Shown piece after piece: positions 18,050 through 27,719 of a DNA stretch of 64,000 bases. This DNA comes from a virus (lineage: Duplodnaviria; Caudoviricetes), in the IMG/VR virus record IMGVR_UViG_3300050498_000117, positions 1,135 through 65,134 of that record. One strand, 5' to 3'. The translations under genes were made by a program, and so were the position numbers. Numbering within the stretch: position 1 is the first letter of the stretch; each line of letters begins with the position of its first letter. The notes below the pieces were generated by a model. The model was given only the letters and a program-made list of their open reading frames with translations. It had not been told where the DNA came from and did no database searches.

Positions 18050-19054
18050 CTACCGGGTCGCGAACTTCACGACCTTGAGAAGCTCTCCCTTCCGGTCCCG
18101 CCGGCCCATAGCGTCGCTCAGGGACCGCTCGAACCGGGCAGCGTCCTCGTCGTCGGCGCCGCGCACGCCCCGGTACCAGTCGTCGAACTCGATCAGGGTC
18201 TGAAGCGCGCCCCACGCAGTGTTCTTGATCTCCGCCTGGGTCTCCGCGTTCCACAGGCCCCACAGGGTGTCCCGCTTGGTCTCCCACGCGGTGACAACAG
18301 CCTTCCCGGCGTCCTCAGCCGGCCCGTACAGCTCTGCGATGATCGCGTCGAACCGCTTGTCGGTGCAGGTCTTCGCGATCAGCTTCTCGGCCTCGGCGGT
18401 GAACGCGTCGACGTACGCGTAGGTCAGTTCGAGCACCTGCCGGGCCTGCTCGACCTGAAGCTTGGCGTTGGCGGTGTGGCGCACCTTGTAGAGACGAGTC
18501 GTGTTGGCGAGCATCAGGTCCCAGGTGTTCCGGCAGACAACGCGAATGCCGGTCGCGGCAACGGTGACGCTCATGGAACCGTCGTGGCCCATGCCGCCGA
18601 CGAGGAACATCTCGACCGCGTCCCGCCCACCGATGAGGATCTCCCGGTCGAGGCGCATGGTGCAGAACGCCCGCCGCCCGCCGTTGAGGAGACCTGCGGC
18701 GCTGACCCGGGCGCCTCCGGCGTCGATCATGTTGTCCATGAACGCGAAGGCGTCGGCCTCGCTGATCACGGTGTAGTCCTTGCCGACGATCCCGAGCTTG
18801 ACAACGCCGGAAGGGCGGACCCGCACGGTCATTTTGTGCGCGGGGTCTTCGATGATCTCTACGCCGTCGTCGGTCATCCGGACGCCCTGGACGGGGATGG
18901 TCTCGATGGTTCCGGCGTCGAGCCCGGCAAGCGCCTCGGCGGTGGTGAGACCGTCCCGGTCGTAGTAGGTGACGCCGAGCTTGTGCCATGCGTCTTCCCT
19001 TGCTCCTACGTAGGAGGCGGTGCCGTCTGCGCGGATCTCGAGGTCGTGGCTCAC
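18050..19054 (-). CDS. DUF932 / TIGR03299 phage-plasmid protein
   Basis: AWHKLG, HDGS, IRVVCRNT, RHT motifs. Confidence 0.85.
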   Translation of the reverse strand: MSHDLEIRADGTASYVGAREDAWHKLGVTYYDRDGLTTAEALAGLDAGTIETIPVQGVRMTDDGVEIIEDPAHKMTVRVRPSGVVKLGIVGKDYTVISEADAFAFMDNMIDAGGARVSAAGLLNGGRRAFCTMRLDREILIGGRDAVEMFLVGGMGHDGSMSVTVAATGIRVVCRNTWDLMLANTTRLYKVRHTANAKLQVEQARQVLELTYAYVDAFTAEAEKLIAKTCTDKRFDAIIAELYGPAEDAGKAVVTAWETKRDTLWGLWNAETQAEIKNTAWGALQTLIEFDDWYRGVRGADDEDAARFERSLSDAMGRRDRKGELLKVVKFATR

Positions 19055-19084
19055 GGTGTTCTCCCTGGTTGGTAGGGCTTGTCT

Positions 19085-19135
19085 TGTATGGCTAGACCAT
19101 ACACACGCTGTCTGGAGTGTGTCAAGTCCCGCCGC
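19085..19135 (-). promoter_or_regulatory. Promoter TTGACA...TATGGT overlapped by perfect operator (19085-19103)
   Basis: TGTATG-GCTAGAC-CATACA; TGTCAA on + strand upstream. Confidence 0.8.
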
Positions 19136-19187
19136 ACAGATAGGCGTGGGGGCCGATCGACCAACCCTCGACCGGCCCCCCACACGT

Positions 19188-20129
19188 CTACTTCTGAACG
19201 ATCAACCCACCCGGGTTGCCACCAATAAACACTGTGCAGTTCGGCGAAGCGGCGCATGCCTGCACCTGCGCGAGCTGAAGCTTGGCCTTCTCCAGCTCCA
19301 TCCACGCCGCGTTGCGGTACAGGGCCTCCTGAGCCGCCGCCGCGCGCACCTTGCCCTCCGCCTCGGCCACCGCCGCTGCCGCCGCCTCGATCGCCTGCTG
19401 CTTGGCGTTCCGCGCCTGCTGAATGCCCGGGTCGGTGTAGTCCACGTCCTTGACCAACACCTGGACCTCCGGGCAAGCCGAGTTACCCCGCACGAACGCC
19501 GGGCCACAGAAGAAGTCGAAGCCGCCCACCAGTCGCTTCAGCTCCGTCTGGAACGCGGACGAGATCGCCGCCTGAACCTCGTTCTGGACCGTGCCGGCCA
19601 CCAGGGGGTCAGCGTTGAACTTCCGCACGCTCACGCGCGTGGCCGTCTCCAGCGCCGGCACGACCGTCGCGCCGAGCATGTCCTTCCAGCCCTGCTCGGT
19701 GTCAGCGCTGTAGCGCTTACCGATGCGCTCCCACCACTGCACGATCGGACTGTTCTCCTTGTCTGCGCAGTTCGTGTTCAGCATGAAATTGGTCTGGGTC
19801 CACACGTTCACCTGAACCCCGCTGGGCTGGTCCTTCTCTGGCGCCGACTGGACGGTGATGGGGGTGTTCGTGTCAGCGCCAGGCGTCCCCGGCGCCGCAA
19901 TGTTCCAGGTGCGCAGGTTGTTGGGCAGCCAGACGATCGAGTCGTTGATGGGCTGCTTGTCGACCGCGCCGGGGGTCGTGCAGTGATCGAACTTGAATCC
20001 CTCGGACGGGCCCTGGTTGTAATACAGCCCGAGCTTGTCCGGATCGGTGATGGCTCCGCAGCCGGTGAGCGTGAGAGCCACCGCCGCCGCAGCGGCGAGC
20101 AGACCTCCCCGCAGGATGCTCTTACGCAT
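19188..20129 (-). CDS. SPFH/band-7 domain lipoprotein
   Basis: Lipobox LTGC, SPFH-like core, C-terminal AxQxAxxA coiled coil. Confidence 0.75.
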   Translation of the reverse strand: MRKSILRGGLLAAAAAVALTLTGCGAITDPDKLGLYYNQGPSEGFKFDHCTTPGAVDKQPINDSIVWLPNNLRTWNIAAPGTPGADTNTPITVQSAPEKDQPSGVQVNVWTQTNFMLNTNCADKENSPIVQWWERIGKRYSADTEQGWKDMLGATVVPALETATRVSVRKFNADPLVAGTVQNEVQAAISSAFQTELKRLVGGFDFFCGPAFVRGNSACPEVQVLVKDVDYTDPGIQQARNAKQQAIEAAAAAVAEAEGKVRAAAAQEALYRNAAWMELEKAKLQLAQVQACAASPNCTVFIGGNPGGLIVQK

Positions 20130-20623
20130 TGATGCTCCTTCCGTGGTAGCGCCGCAGCCACTGCTTGACTGCGGCGTCGGACTCTTCGGTGAGGAAGTCG
20201 ACCCGCCCCTCCAGCGGGTTACCTGCCCCGAGTGAGCGCATGACTTCGGCTGCGTCCACCAAGAGGGCCCGCAGCTCGTTCTCCTGCGCGCGGTTGAGGT
20301 CCCCGCGCACGGGACGTCCGGCCTTGATGTCTTCCCGCCGGGCGTTGTGCCGCTTCCACCACACGACCCCGGCAAACACCAAAAACGCCAGGATCACAAC
20401 AACGGTGGCGGTGATGAGTGCCCTACCCACGGCAGTCCTCCACTCCCACGCGCCCGTCGCCCGGGGCGTCACTTTCGATGTTCATGATCACCAGTCCGAC
20501 GACGAGCGCTACCACGGCAAGCATGCCGAGCGCAATCAGCGCCAGGGTGACGAGGGTCGACCTGTGCTTGTCGGTGATGCGCTTCTCGTGCTGGGGGTAG
20601 ACGTCTGCCGGCTCCATGCTCAT
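20126..20623 (-). other. Two small TM proteins in the SPFH operon
   Basis: Single TM helices (ORFs 20122-20472 and 20423-20623). Confidence 0.6.
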
Positions 20624-20916
20624 CGCCCTACACAGGTCGGGTCAGCCGGCACAACCGTGATAGCCGCGTAGGCGCTGTCGCCGTGGAACGCGACGTAGAG
20701 CCGGTTACCGTGATCGCACTTGGTGGCTACGTTGCTGAAGCCGTCCGGGTTGGTGATGATGTCGGCCGGGGCGTTGTTCTCGATGCCGCGCGGGGCGTCG
20801 TTGAACGGCTCGGCGAGCTTCTCACAGCCGCCGAGCAGGGCCATGGTGGTCAGCAGGGCAACAGCCGCGCCGGCTCCCATCAGCAGCCCGGAGCGGCGGG
20901 GGTTGTCATCACGCAC
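20620..20916 (-). CDS. Small lipoprotein
   Basis: Lipobox LGGC; PDGFSNVATKCD motif typical of actinophage lipoproteins. Confidence 0.7.
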   Translation of the reverse strand: MRDDNPRRSGLLMGAGAAVALLTTMALLGGCEKLAEPFNDAPRGIENNAPADIITNPDGFSNVATKCDHGNRLYVAFHGDSAYAAITVVPADPTCVGR

Positions 20917-20940
20917 GTTCTTCTCCTTCAGCCTAGACGG

Positions 20941-20971
20941 TGTACGGACCGACCATACAACGTGCTGTCAA
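20941..20971 (-). promoter_or_regulatory. Operator TGTACG-N7-CATACA next to TTGACA
   Basis: One mismatch to consensus; -35-like hexamer adjacent. Confidence 0.7.
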
Positions 20972-21011
20972 GAGAGGGAGAGCACCTGCGCGAGTGTGCT
21001 CTCCCTCTCAA

Positions 21012-21117
21012 TGAGGGGGGGTGAGGATTCGAACCTCACTCGAGAGGAGTCCGGCCAGAGCCGGCTACGCGGGACTCCTCACTGTGCAGCCGCTAGCCTG
21101 TGCGGGCTAGCCCCCCC
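21012..21117 (-). ncRNA. tRNA-like RNA without anticodon loop
   Basis: G7/C7 acceptor, 6-bp hairpin CTAGCC/GGCTAG, long stem GAGGAGTCC/GGACTCCTC, canonical T arm TGAGG-TTCGAAT-CCTCA. Confidence 0.6.
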
Positions 21118-21665
21118 ACGTCCTGTTCGGCACACGCGGCCCGGAGGCAAGGACGGGTTCGCACCGACCACCCCCCGGGGTGTTCCGCGTGTGTCTTTCA
21201 CCCGACCACTTCGCCGACAAGCGCCTGCGGGCGGCGCCTGCCATGCTGCCCTTTCCGCTTCGAGGTCGCCGGAAGCATCCGGTGCGGATCGGGGTGGTCG
21301 GCGTTGTACTGAGCGGCTATCTGGCTGGCCGGCTCGAAGTGCAGTTCATAGAGCGTACCGTCCCAGTCGTCTGTGGTGGTCAGCCGAACGATCTCTTCAA
21401 CCGTCAGCTCTCCCCCGTTGCTCTTGTAGGGCTGCCCGTTGCGGGCGATTCGCTGTACGTCTTCTGCCTTCAGCACTGCTCAGCTCCTTCCGCGCGTGTG
21501 ACGGGAGACCGGTGCCTGGCCGCCTTAGCCGGACGCCTCCGGAACAGGTGCGGCTTGAACCCTACGGACCTAGCGGCCAGATCCGTCCCTGAGTTGGCAC
21601 CGGGCACTCCCGGCAGGTGAGCCCCAGGTTCGTCGCGAAACCCCCTGAGTTGTGTTCACACTGCG

Positions 21666-21730
21666 TACCTCGTTCCGGAATCGAACCGGCCTTCCGCCTA
21701 GGACGGACGCTCACCTGAGATCTACGAGGC
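21666..21730 (-). tRNA. Compact degenerate tRNA with CTA (amber) anticodon
   Basis: GCCTCGT/ACGAGGT acceptor, reduced D arm, TCCG/CGGA stem with loop TCCTAGG, CCGG-TTCGATT-CCGG T arm; 65 nt. Confidence 0.5.
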
Positions 21731-21732
21731 CC

Positions 21733-21780
21733 TGAGGTTGGGGAGGGCGGCAGGGAAGTGCGCTGCCCTCCCCAACCTCA
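21733..21780. terminator. Long hairpin (terminator or processing site)
   Basis: 19-bp stem TGAGGTTGGGGAGGGCGGC/GCTGCCCTCCCCAACCTCA. Confidence 0.7.
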
Positions 21781-21794
21781 TTTCGAGGATGCCT

Positions 21795-22139
21795 CTACGC
21801 CGCGCGCTCTGTCAAGTCGGACATGACAGGCTCGGCAGCGGACGCGGAGTCGTCGGGCTCCGCGTCGGGCTCCTCGTCCGGCAGCGATTCGATACGCGCC
21901 GGGTGGAACGCAACAGGGTGCTGGGCACGGCTGATGGTGATGGTTTCGAACGGCACGCCATCGAGCGCGAAGATGGCCGTCTGCGCCTCGGCGCCGGTCG
22001 CGTAGTCCCGGAAACGGTTGCGGACGGTGTCCCACACGAGCCGATGTGCCTCGTCGACCTCATAGACGGTGCCGACGTTCAGCGGGAGATTGGACTGGGT
22101 ACCACCAATCCCGTAGACGACGTAAGCCGTGAGCTTCAC
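21795..22139 (-). CDS. Hypothetical protein
   Basis: Coupled to upstream gene; GGAGGAG RBS. Confidence 0.6.
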   Translation of the reverse strand: MKLTAYVVYGIGGTQSNLPLNVGTVYEVDEAHRLVWDTVRNRFRDYATGAEAQTAIFALDGVPFETITISRAQHPVAFHPARIESLPDEEPDAEPDDSASAAEPVMSDLTERAA

Positions 22140-22888
22140 GCGCTCTCCTCCGTGTTCTCCGCCGGGGCGGTGTCGGTGGTGCTGGCTTCGGTAGTGCTGG
22201 CGGCGACGCGGGCGGCGGCGAGCCGCTCGTACGCGGCCGTCCGCAGGTCCGGGTAGTCCGCGAGGTTGTGGTCCTTCTGGTACCCGCCCCGAATGTTGGC
22301 GCCGTACCAGTCGAAGCCCTCGAAGGTGCGCCCGGTGCGGTCGAAGATGTAGAGGTGCGCCTCTTCGGCCTCGTGACGAGCCTGGTCCGCGCGGGTGCGA
22401 CGGGTGCCCTGGTTGATGCCGTTGCGGTCCCAGCCGTCGATGGTGCGCCCGTTGCGGTCGTACATGTAACGCCCGAGGTCGCCCCGGTGCACACCGTTGG
22501 CGTCGAAGCCGTCCCGGTTGAACCCGTCCTGGTCCATGCCGTTGGCGTCGAAGCCGTCCCGGTCGTAGCCGCGTTCGTTGTACCCGTTCTTGTCGTAGCC
22601 CTCGCCGTCGACCCAGCGCCGATGCCAGCAGTCGACTCCGTCGGTGTCGTAGAAGCTGCGGCGCTGATCGTCACCGAGGATGGTCACGCCGAGCACGGCG
22701 CGCATGATGGGCAGCGCCGCGTCGCAGTGCCCGGAAGTCCGGACGGTGCGGACGATGATGTCTTCCGCCTTGGCGCGGATCGCCAAGGTCTGCTCATCGG
22801 TGAGACCTTCGGCGCCTTCCAAGAACGGGATGACCGGGACCGGGACTACCTTCGTACGGGTCTTCCGGGCGGCTGTAACTGTGGCCAT
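22136..22888 (-). CDS. G-[YF]-D-x-x pentapeptide repeat protein
   Basis: GYDKNGYNERGYDRDGFDANGMDQDGFNRDGFDANG. Confidence 0.75.
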   Translation of the reverse strand: MATVTAARKTRTKVVPVPVIPFLEGAEGLTDEQTLAIRAKAEDIIVRTVRTSGHCDAALPIMRAVLGVTILGDDQRRSFYDTDGVDCWHRRWVDGEGYDKNGYNERGYDRDGFDANGMDQDGFNRDGFDANGVHRGDLGRYMYDRNGRTIDGWDRNGINQGTRRTRADQARHEAEEAHLYIFDRTGRTFEGFDWYGANIRGGYQKDHNLADYPDLRTAAYERLAAARVAASTTEASTTDTAPAENTEESA

Positions 22889-22955
22889 GTCTGTGTCTTC
22901 TCCCTTCCGCTGCGGTTCCAACAAGGGAGAATCCTGCACCCTCCGTCACCGCTTG

Positions 22956-23312
22956 TCAAGCCATGCCATACAACCGGATGACGGCTAGCGCGGTCTCTTC
23001 CTCTGTCCACACATAGCCCGCGTCGTCCCGCAAGTACCACCATCCGACGCCATTGACCGTCACCATCCGTGCTGGGACATCGAGCGGCTGGGCAACGCCA
23101 TGCGGCACGATCCAACCGAGCCGCCGACACTGCACGGGATCGGTGAGGGTGAAGTCATGGCAGGTCCCGCACAGGCCCATCAGGTTGGAGCAGGCGTGCG
23201 CGGCGACAGCCCCCAGGCCGAGCACGCCGCCCATACCTCGAGGCTGCCGGTGGTGTACGTCGCGTATGCCGCTGCCGCAGCCTTCACACATGCCGTAGCA
23301 GCGGCTACGCAC
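22956..23312 (-). CDS. HNH endonuclease-like protein
   Basis: CEGCG...HHRQPR...NLMGLCGTCH; true start may lie upstream. Confidence 0.75.
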   Translation of the reverse strand: MRSRCYGMCEGCGSGIRDVHHRQPRGMGGVLGLGAVAAHACSNLMGLCGTCHDFTLTDPVQCRRLGWIVPHGVAQPLDVPARMVTVNGVGWWYLRDDAGYVWTEEETALAVIRLYGMA

Positions 23313-23352
23313 TAGCCCTTTTGCGTGCTCCCAAGCACTCCACGCCCGCGTA

Positions 23353-24127
23353 TCAAGCCACCGCCACGTCAGCCCTACGGCGGTCCCGCAGGGCCTTCTC
23401 CCACTCCATCTTCACCTGCGCGCGAAGCCGCAGAACTTCCTCGTCGAGCCAGGCGCTGATGTCCCGGGGCGACGGACGCCCCTCGCCGGGACGGTGGCGG
23501 GCGGTGTAGGCGCGAGCGAACTGGAGTCGCCTCCACCACCCCGGCGCGAACACCATGAACAGCAGAGTGAACCCGGTTACGAACATCGCGTAGGCGACCC
23601 ATGGCATCAGGTCAACGAACATCGGTGCCTCCTTCGATCTGCGGCACAACCCGTCCCAGCATCTCGTCGAGCAGCGCCGTCGCACGTTGTCTGGCTTCAG
23701 ATGTCTTACGGATGGTGAAGGTGCCGGGCACCCGGGCGGCTTCTATACCGGGGATCCGCGCCCCCGTGTCCCGGTCGATCGGGTACGGGCCGGGGCCTTC
23801 CGGGTCACGGGCGTTGGCCTCCGCCTGCGCCTTCAACGCGTTGATGTAGGCGGGCCGGACCATCTGCACAATCTCGCTGGGCCGGTTCCGCGTCACCCAC
23901 TCCAGCAGGGCGGCTTCGTTGGTGACCTGCGCGTCCCAGTGGGGTGCCCCAATCGTCAACGTGCCCATGTCGTTGTCGGCGGCGTCGGTGACCCGTTGCC
24001 GTTCGCTGCCTACCTTCAGCATCGCGTTGAGTGCCGCCATCCGCGACCACGTCTTGATTTCCCTGACGGCATCGTCAATCGAAGCCCAGAACAGAGCTTC
24101 TTCGCCGGCACGGCGTAGCTCACTCAA
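23353..24127 (-). other. TM protein (23353-23622) and hypothetical protein (23612-24127)
   Basis: ORF track; coupled to recT. Confidence 0.55.
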
Positions 24128-25118
24128 CGATCTCTCCCTCCAGGGACTTTTCGTCCCAGCTTGCCGCTGCCGCCTCCCGCAGCTCACGCGCGTTGTCTGT
24201 GTCGATGTCCTCCGCTGCGGGGGCGGGTGGGTTCATCAGCTCCTGCGCCTTACGGGTGAGGTAGTCACCGAGGGGAACCTTCTGCTGCCCGGCGGTGATA
24301 GGCACGGCGAGCACCTTGCAGACCGAAGCCAGCTTCCACAGCTCCCGCAGCTCGTCGGGGAGGGTGCAGTCGAGACTGTCCAAACCGATCCTCATCGCGA
24401 GGGTGTCTGTCAGGGTGTCGTCCCGACCGGGCGGCTTGCGGTCCTGCGCGGCCCTACCGACAATCTCCGCCCACACCACCGGCAACTCCTCCGGGCCGCT
24501 GACAGCGAGGGCCTCCGCCCAGGTGTTGACTTCCTCGTCGGTGGCAGCCTCTACTACCTCGCCGTCGACTACCTTCGACGGGTCGATGGGTGCACCGTCA
24601 GCGTCGGTGACCGCGCCCATCTCGTCGGGGGTGTAGATGATGCCGAACAGGACATCGGGGCATTCATCGCGGACGGCGATGGCCGTTGCTCGGGCTACCA
24701 GCATCGCCTGCGGGTACTGCTGGTAGCTGTCCTTGTCGACCAACTTGGCGGTGACCGCGTCGTCCCAGGTGAACGCGGACCGGTACGGCTTGTCTTTGTC
24801 GCTGCGCTGGATCTCGACGACAGCACGGGTGCGGCTACGTTCGACGACGCTGATCCTGTGACCGGCGCGGATGACCAGGGCGCGCATCAGCTCCGCTGCC
24901 TGGGTCAGCTTGCCCTTGATGACGTGCATCGACTGAAGGGCCCAGAACGCCGGTACATCCAACGCCCGCGCGCCCATCAGGATCACCAACACGTTGGCGG
25001 GTTGGCGCCGCAGATGGTCAGGCAGCAGGGACGACTCGGCCAACACCCGCGCCATCTCCATCTGCTGTGTGAAGGAGGCGGGAACGTCGGTGCTACGGAG
25101 GACGATGTCGCTGGTCAC
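24120..25118 (-). CDS. recT: RecT-like ssDNA annealing protein
   Basis: PANVL..., VIKGK, FTWDDA..A.L...YP.AML.ARA....R...PDVLFG.IYTPDEMG. Confidence 0.8.
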   Translation of the reverse strand: MTSDIVLRSTDVPASFTQQMEMARVLAESSLLPDHLRRQPANVLVILMGARALDVPAFWALQSMHVIKGKLTQAAELMRALVIRAGHRISVVERSRTRAVVEIQRSDKDKPYRSAFTWDDAVTAKLVDKDSYQQYPQAMLVARATAIAVRDECPDVLFGIIYTPDEMGAVTDADGAPIDPSKVVDGEVVEAATDEEVNTWAEALAVSGPEELPVVWAEIVGRAAQDRKPPGRDDTLTDTLAMRIGLDSLDCTLPDELRELWKLASVCKVLAVPITAGQQKVPLGDYLTRKAQELMNPPAPAAEDIDTDNARELREAAAASWDEKSLEGEIVE

Positions 25119-25495
25119 GGCTTCCTCCACCGCCCGGCCTGCGGGCAGGTCACGAAGTGGCTGACGTACCGGACGGCGCCGGCTGTCTCCTGCGTAACGA
25201 ACACCGCAACTGGCGCGACGACCTTGGGGTGCTGCTCCAACACCAGGTTGCCGGTAGGCACCGGGTCGGGGTCGATGGGGATGGGGGTATGCGCGGCTGC
25301 GGTCAGGGCCCAGATCACCGGGGCCTGGCAGCTACGACACTTGCCCCGGGTACGGTCGGTCACAGCTCTACCTCCACCGTGCAGCCGTCCTGGTCGTGTT
25401 CGTCCTGATCGTGCCCGCACTCGCACATCGGCGGGTCGTACTCGCCTAGGTCGTCGTCTTCCGCGCTGAACCACGTGCAGGGACACTCACGCATG
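25115..25495 (-). other. Two small Cys-rich CDSs
   Basis: CRSCQAPVIW...SHFVTCP; CPC...CECGH...HDQDGC. Confidence 0.55.
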
Positions 25496-25531
25496 CCGCC
25501 TCCTGATCAACCTGTCTGCCGTGACCCTACA

Positions 25532-26839
25532 TCAGCGCTCGAGGTCCCGGAACCGCATGTAGGCAAGGTCGGCGAACACGGCGATATCCCCCGTGGGGCC
25601 GTTGCGTTGCTTCGCGACAATCACGTCGGCCTCCCGGGGCCGGTCGTTCTCGTCGTAGTAGTCGGGGCGGTGCAGCAGGATCACGATGTCAGCGTCCTGC
25701 TCGACCGCGCCGGATTCCCGCAGGTCCGCCAGATAAGGGCGTTTGTCGGAACGCTGCTCCGGTCCCCGGTTGAGCTGAGCCGCCGCCACCACCACGCAGT
25801 TCAGTTCCTTGGCGAGGAGCTTCAACCCCCGGGACATGTCGGAAACCTCCTGCTGGCGGGATTCCCGCCGGCCGGGGGTGCTGATGAGCTGAAGGTAATC
25901 CACGAAGATCATTGCTAGGCCGGTGGTCGCGGCGCGCTGACGGGACACGGTACGGATGTACGCCATGTCGACGTAGGGGTTATCGTCAATGAACACGGGG
26001 GCGTCGGCTACCCGGCCGGTGAGCTGCATCACCAGGTTCCAGTCGTCCTGACCTAGCCTGCCGTCCCGTAGCCGGGTGAAGGGGATGGACAGCTCTGCGG
26101 CCAGCAGCCTGCGGAAGATCTCGTCGCGGGTCATCTCGAGGGAGAACATCTGGCAGGGATGGTCACGAGAGATCCCGTTGAGCCGCACCAGGTCGAGCCC
26201 GAAGACGCTCTTGCCCATGCCGGGACGCCCAGCTATCACCACCAGTTGCCCGGCGCGTAGCCCGGATGTCATCCGGTTGAGATCACCAATGTAGGTGGGT
26301 AACCCGCGCAGCCCTACGTGTTGGGAGTCGGCCTCGATCGCGTCGAGCGCCTCCGCTAGCGCCTGCCCGAAGCTGATGTCGGCTTGCCGGTGCCGAGGAG
26401 AGGTGGCGGTGAAGATCTCCTCCTGCGCGCGTGAGCACAGCTCCTCCAGGGGACGTTCGGGGGTGTCGGCCTGCTGCACGATCCGGATGCCGGCTTCGCG
26501 GATCCGCCGCCGAACTGCCAGGTCCCGCACCATCCGTGCGTAGTAGCTGCCATTCGCGGCGGTGGGCACCGTCTCCAGGCAGTGGTGCAGGTAGGTGCCC
26601 CCACCCACCCGGGCGAGGTCCCCGGTCTCCAGTAGCGCGGCGGCCAGCGCCACCGGGTCGAGAGGCTTGCCGTCCGTGTATTGCCGGCGCAGCGCGGCGT
26701 AGATGATCGTGTGGGCTGCGGTGTAGAAGTCCTCCGGGGTGAGGATGTCCAGCACCTGCCCGGCGGCTTCCCTGCTGAGCATCATCGCCCCAAGGACAAC
26801 CTGTTCGGCGGCGGGGTCGGCGGCTTCAGCCCCGGCCAA
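25532..26839 (-). CDS. dnaB: Replicative DNA helicase
   Basis: AEQVVLGAM, Walker A GRPGMGKS, FSLEM, DYLQL, QLNR, DLRESGAVEQDAD, KQRNGP; start uncertain. Confidence 0.95.
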   Translation of the reverse strand: MAGAEAADPAAEQVVLGAMMLSREAAGQVLDILTPEDFYTAAHTIIYAALRRQYTDGKPLDPVALAAALLETGDLARVGGGTYLHHCLETVPTAANGSYYARMVRDLAVRRRIREAGIRIVQQADTPERPLEELCSRAQEEIFTATSPRHRQADISFGQALAEALDAIEADSQHVGLRGLPTYIGDLNRMTSGLRAGQLVVIAGRPGMGKSVFGLDLVRLNGISRDHPCQMFSLEMTRDEIFRRLLAAELSIPFTRLRDGRLGQDDWNLVMQLTGRVADAPVFIDDNPYVDMAYIRTVSRQRAATTGLAMIFVDYLQLISTPGRRESRQQEVSDMSRGLKLLAKELNCVVVAAAQLNRGPEQRSDKRPYLADLRESGAVEQDADIVILLHRPDYYDENDRPREADVIVAKQRNGPTGDIAVFADLAYMRFRDLER

Positions 26840-27719
26840 AGCCGGCCCCCAGCTCCCCCAACCCGGCGATGATCGACATGTCCGGGGACGGTACCGGAGT
26901 CTGGGCGTCTGCGGTGCAGTCTGGGCAGTGCCCTCCGCCGGGCTGGTGGGGGTGATCGTCACAGGCGCCATGCGCCCGGATGAGTGCTCGCCTGCGGTCG
27001 CGGGCACGCTGAGCTTGCTGCTGCCGGGCCTCCTCGGGGGTGACGGGCCTCTGGCGAACCTCAGGGCCGGTCTGGAGTCGGACGATGACGTTGGGCAGCT
27101 CCGACGGGCGGGGTGTGGCGCCGGCCGCGAACATAGCCGCGAGCGCTCGCTTGATGTCCCGTTCGGTGAATCCGGACGCCAACAACGCTTTGATCTCCCG
27201 GCCGTACCGGGCTTTATGTACCGACGGGAGCTTGACGTCCTGCCCGGTGCAGTAGTCGATCCAATCGCTGAGGATGGTGCGTGCTGTGACTTCCTGCGGA
27301 GCGGCTTCGGAGGAGCCGCCTGCTGAGCGTAGCGAAGCAGGGTTCTTGGTGTTTGGTTCTTGATTGGGGTCCGTCAGCGGACCCCCGGGGGGTCCGCTGA
27401 CGGACCCCCCCCTACCGTTTTCCACAGGCTCATTGAAGATCACCTCGTACATGGAGGGTAGGCTGCCGCCGTCCGGCGCGTGCCTCAGGTGCCGGACCAC
27501 CGCCCCCACACTCAGCAGCTCCTCCAGCGCCCGCTTGATGGTGGTTTCGGAGAGCCCGGTGCGCTGCACCAAGGTGGCCATCGCCGGTCGGCACTCCACG
27601 TATCTGCCGGTGGCGGGCTGGAAGTGTCCGTACATGGCGAGCGTGCCGTACAGCACCCAGGCCGTGGGGGTGACCCGCTTCTCTATCAGCCAAGTAGGGA
27701 TCATTACGAAGGAACCCAC
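26826..27719 (-). CDS. HTH replication initiator (lambda O-like position)
   Basis: FVMIPTWL...LYGTL...PAMATLVQRTGLSETTIKRALEEL; directly upstream of dnaB. Confidence 0.75.
   Translation of the reverse strand: MGSFVMIPTWLIEKRVTPTAWVLYGTLAMYGHFQPATGRYVECRPAMATLVQRTGLSETTIKRALEELLSVGAVVRHLRHAPDGGSLPSMYEVIFNEPVENGRGGSVSGPPGGPLTDPNQEPNTKNPASLRSAGGSSEAAPQEVTARTILSDWIDYCTGQDVKLPSVHKARYGREIKALLASGFTERDIKRALAAMFAAGATPRPSELPNVIVRLQTGPEVRQRPVTPEEARQQQAQRARDRRRALIRAHGACDDHPHQPGGGHCPDCTADAQTPVPSPDMSIIAGLGELGAGFGRG
27366..27408. repeat. Nested inverted repeat inside initiator gene (candidate ori iterons)
   Basis: GGGGTCCGTCAGCGGACCCC-CGG-GGGGTCCGCTGACGGACCCC. Confidence 0.7.

Noticed and set aside
21012-21117. 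Selenocysteine tRNA
   Set aside because: A 6-bp D-like stem is present, but there is no TCA anticodon arm and the acceptor is 7 bp.
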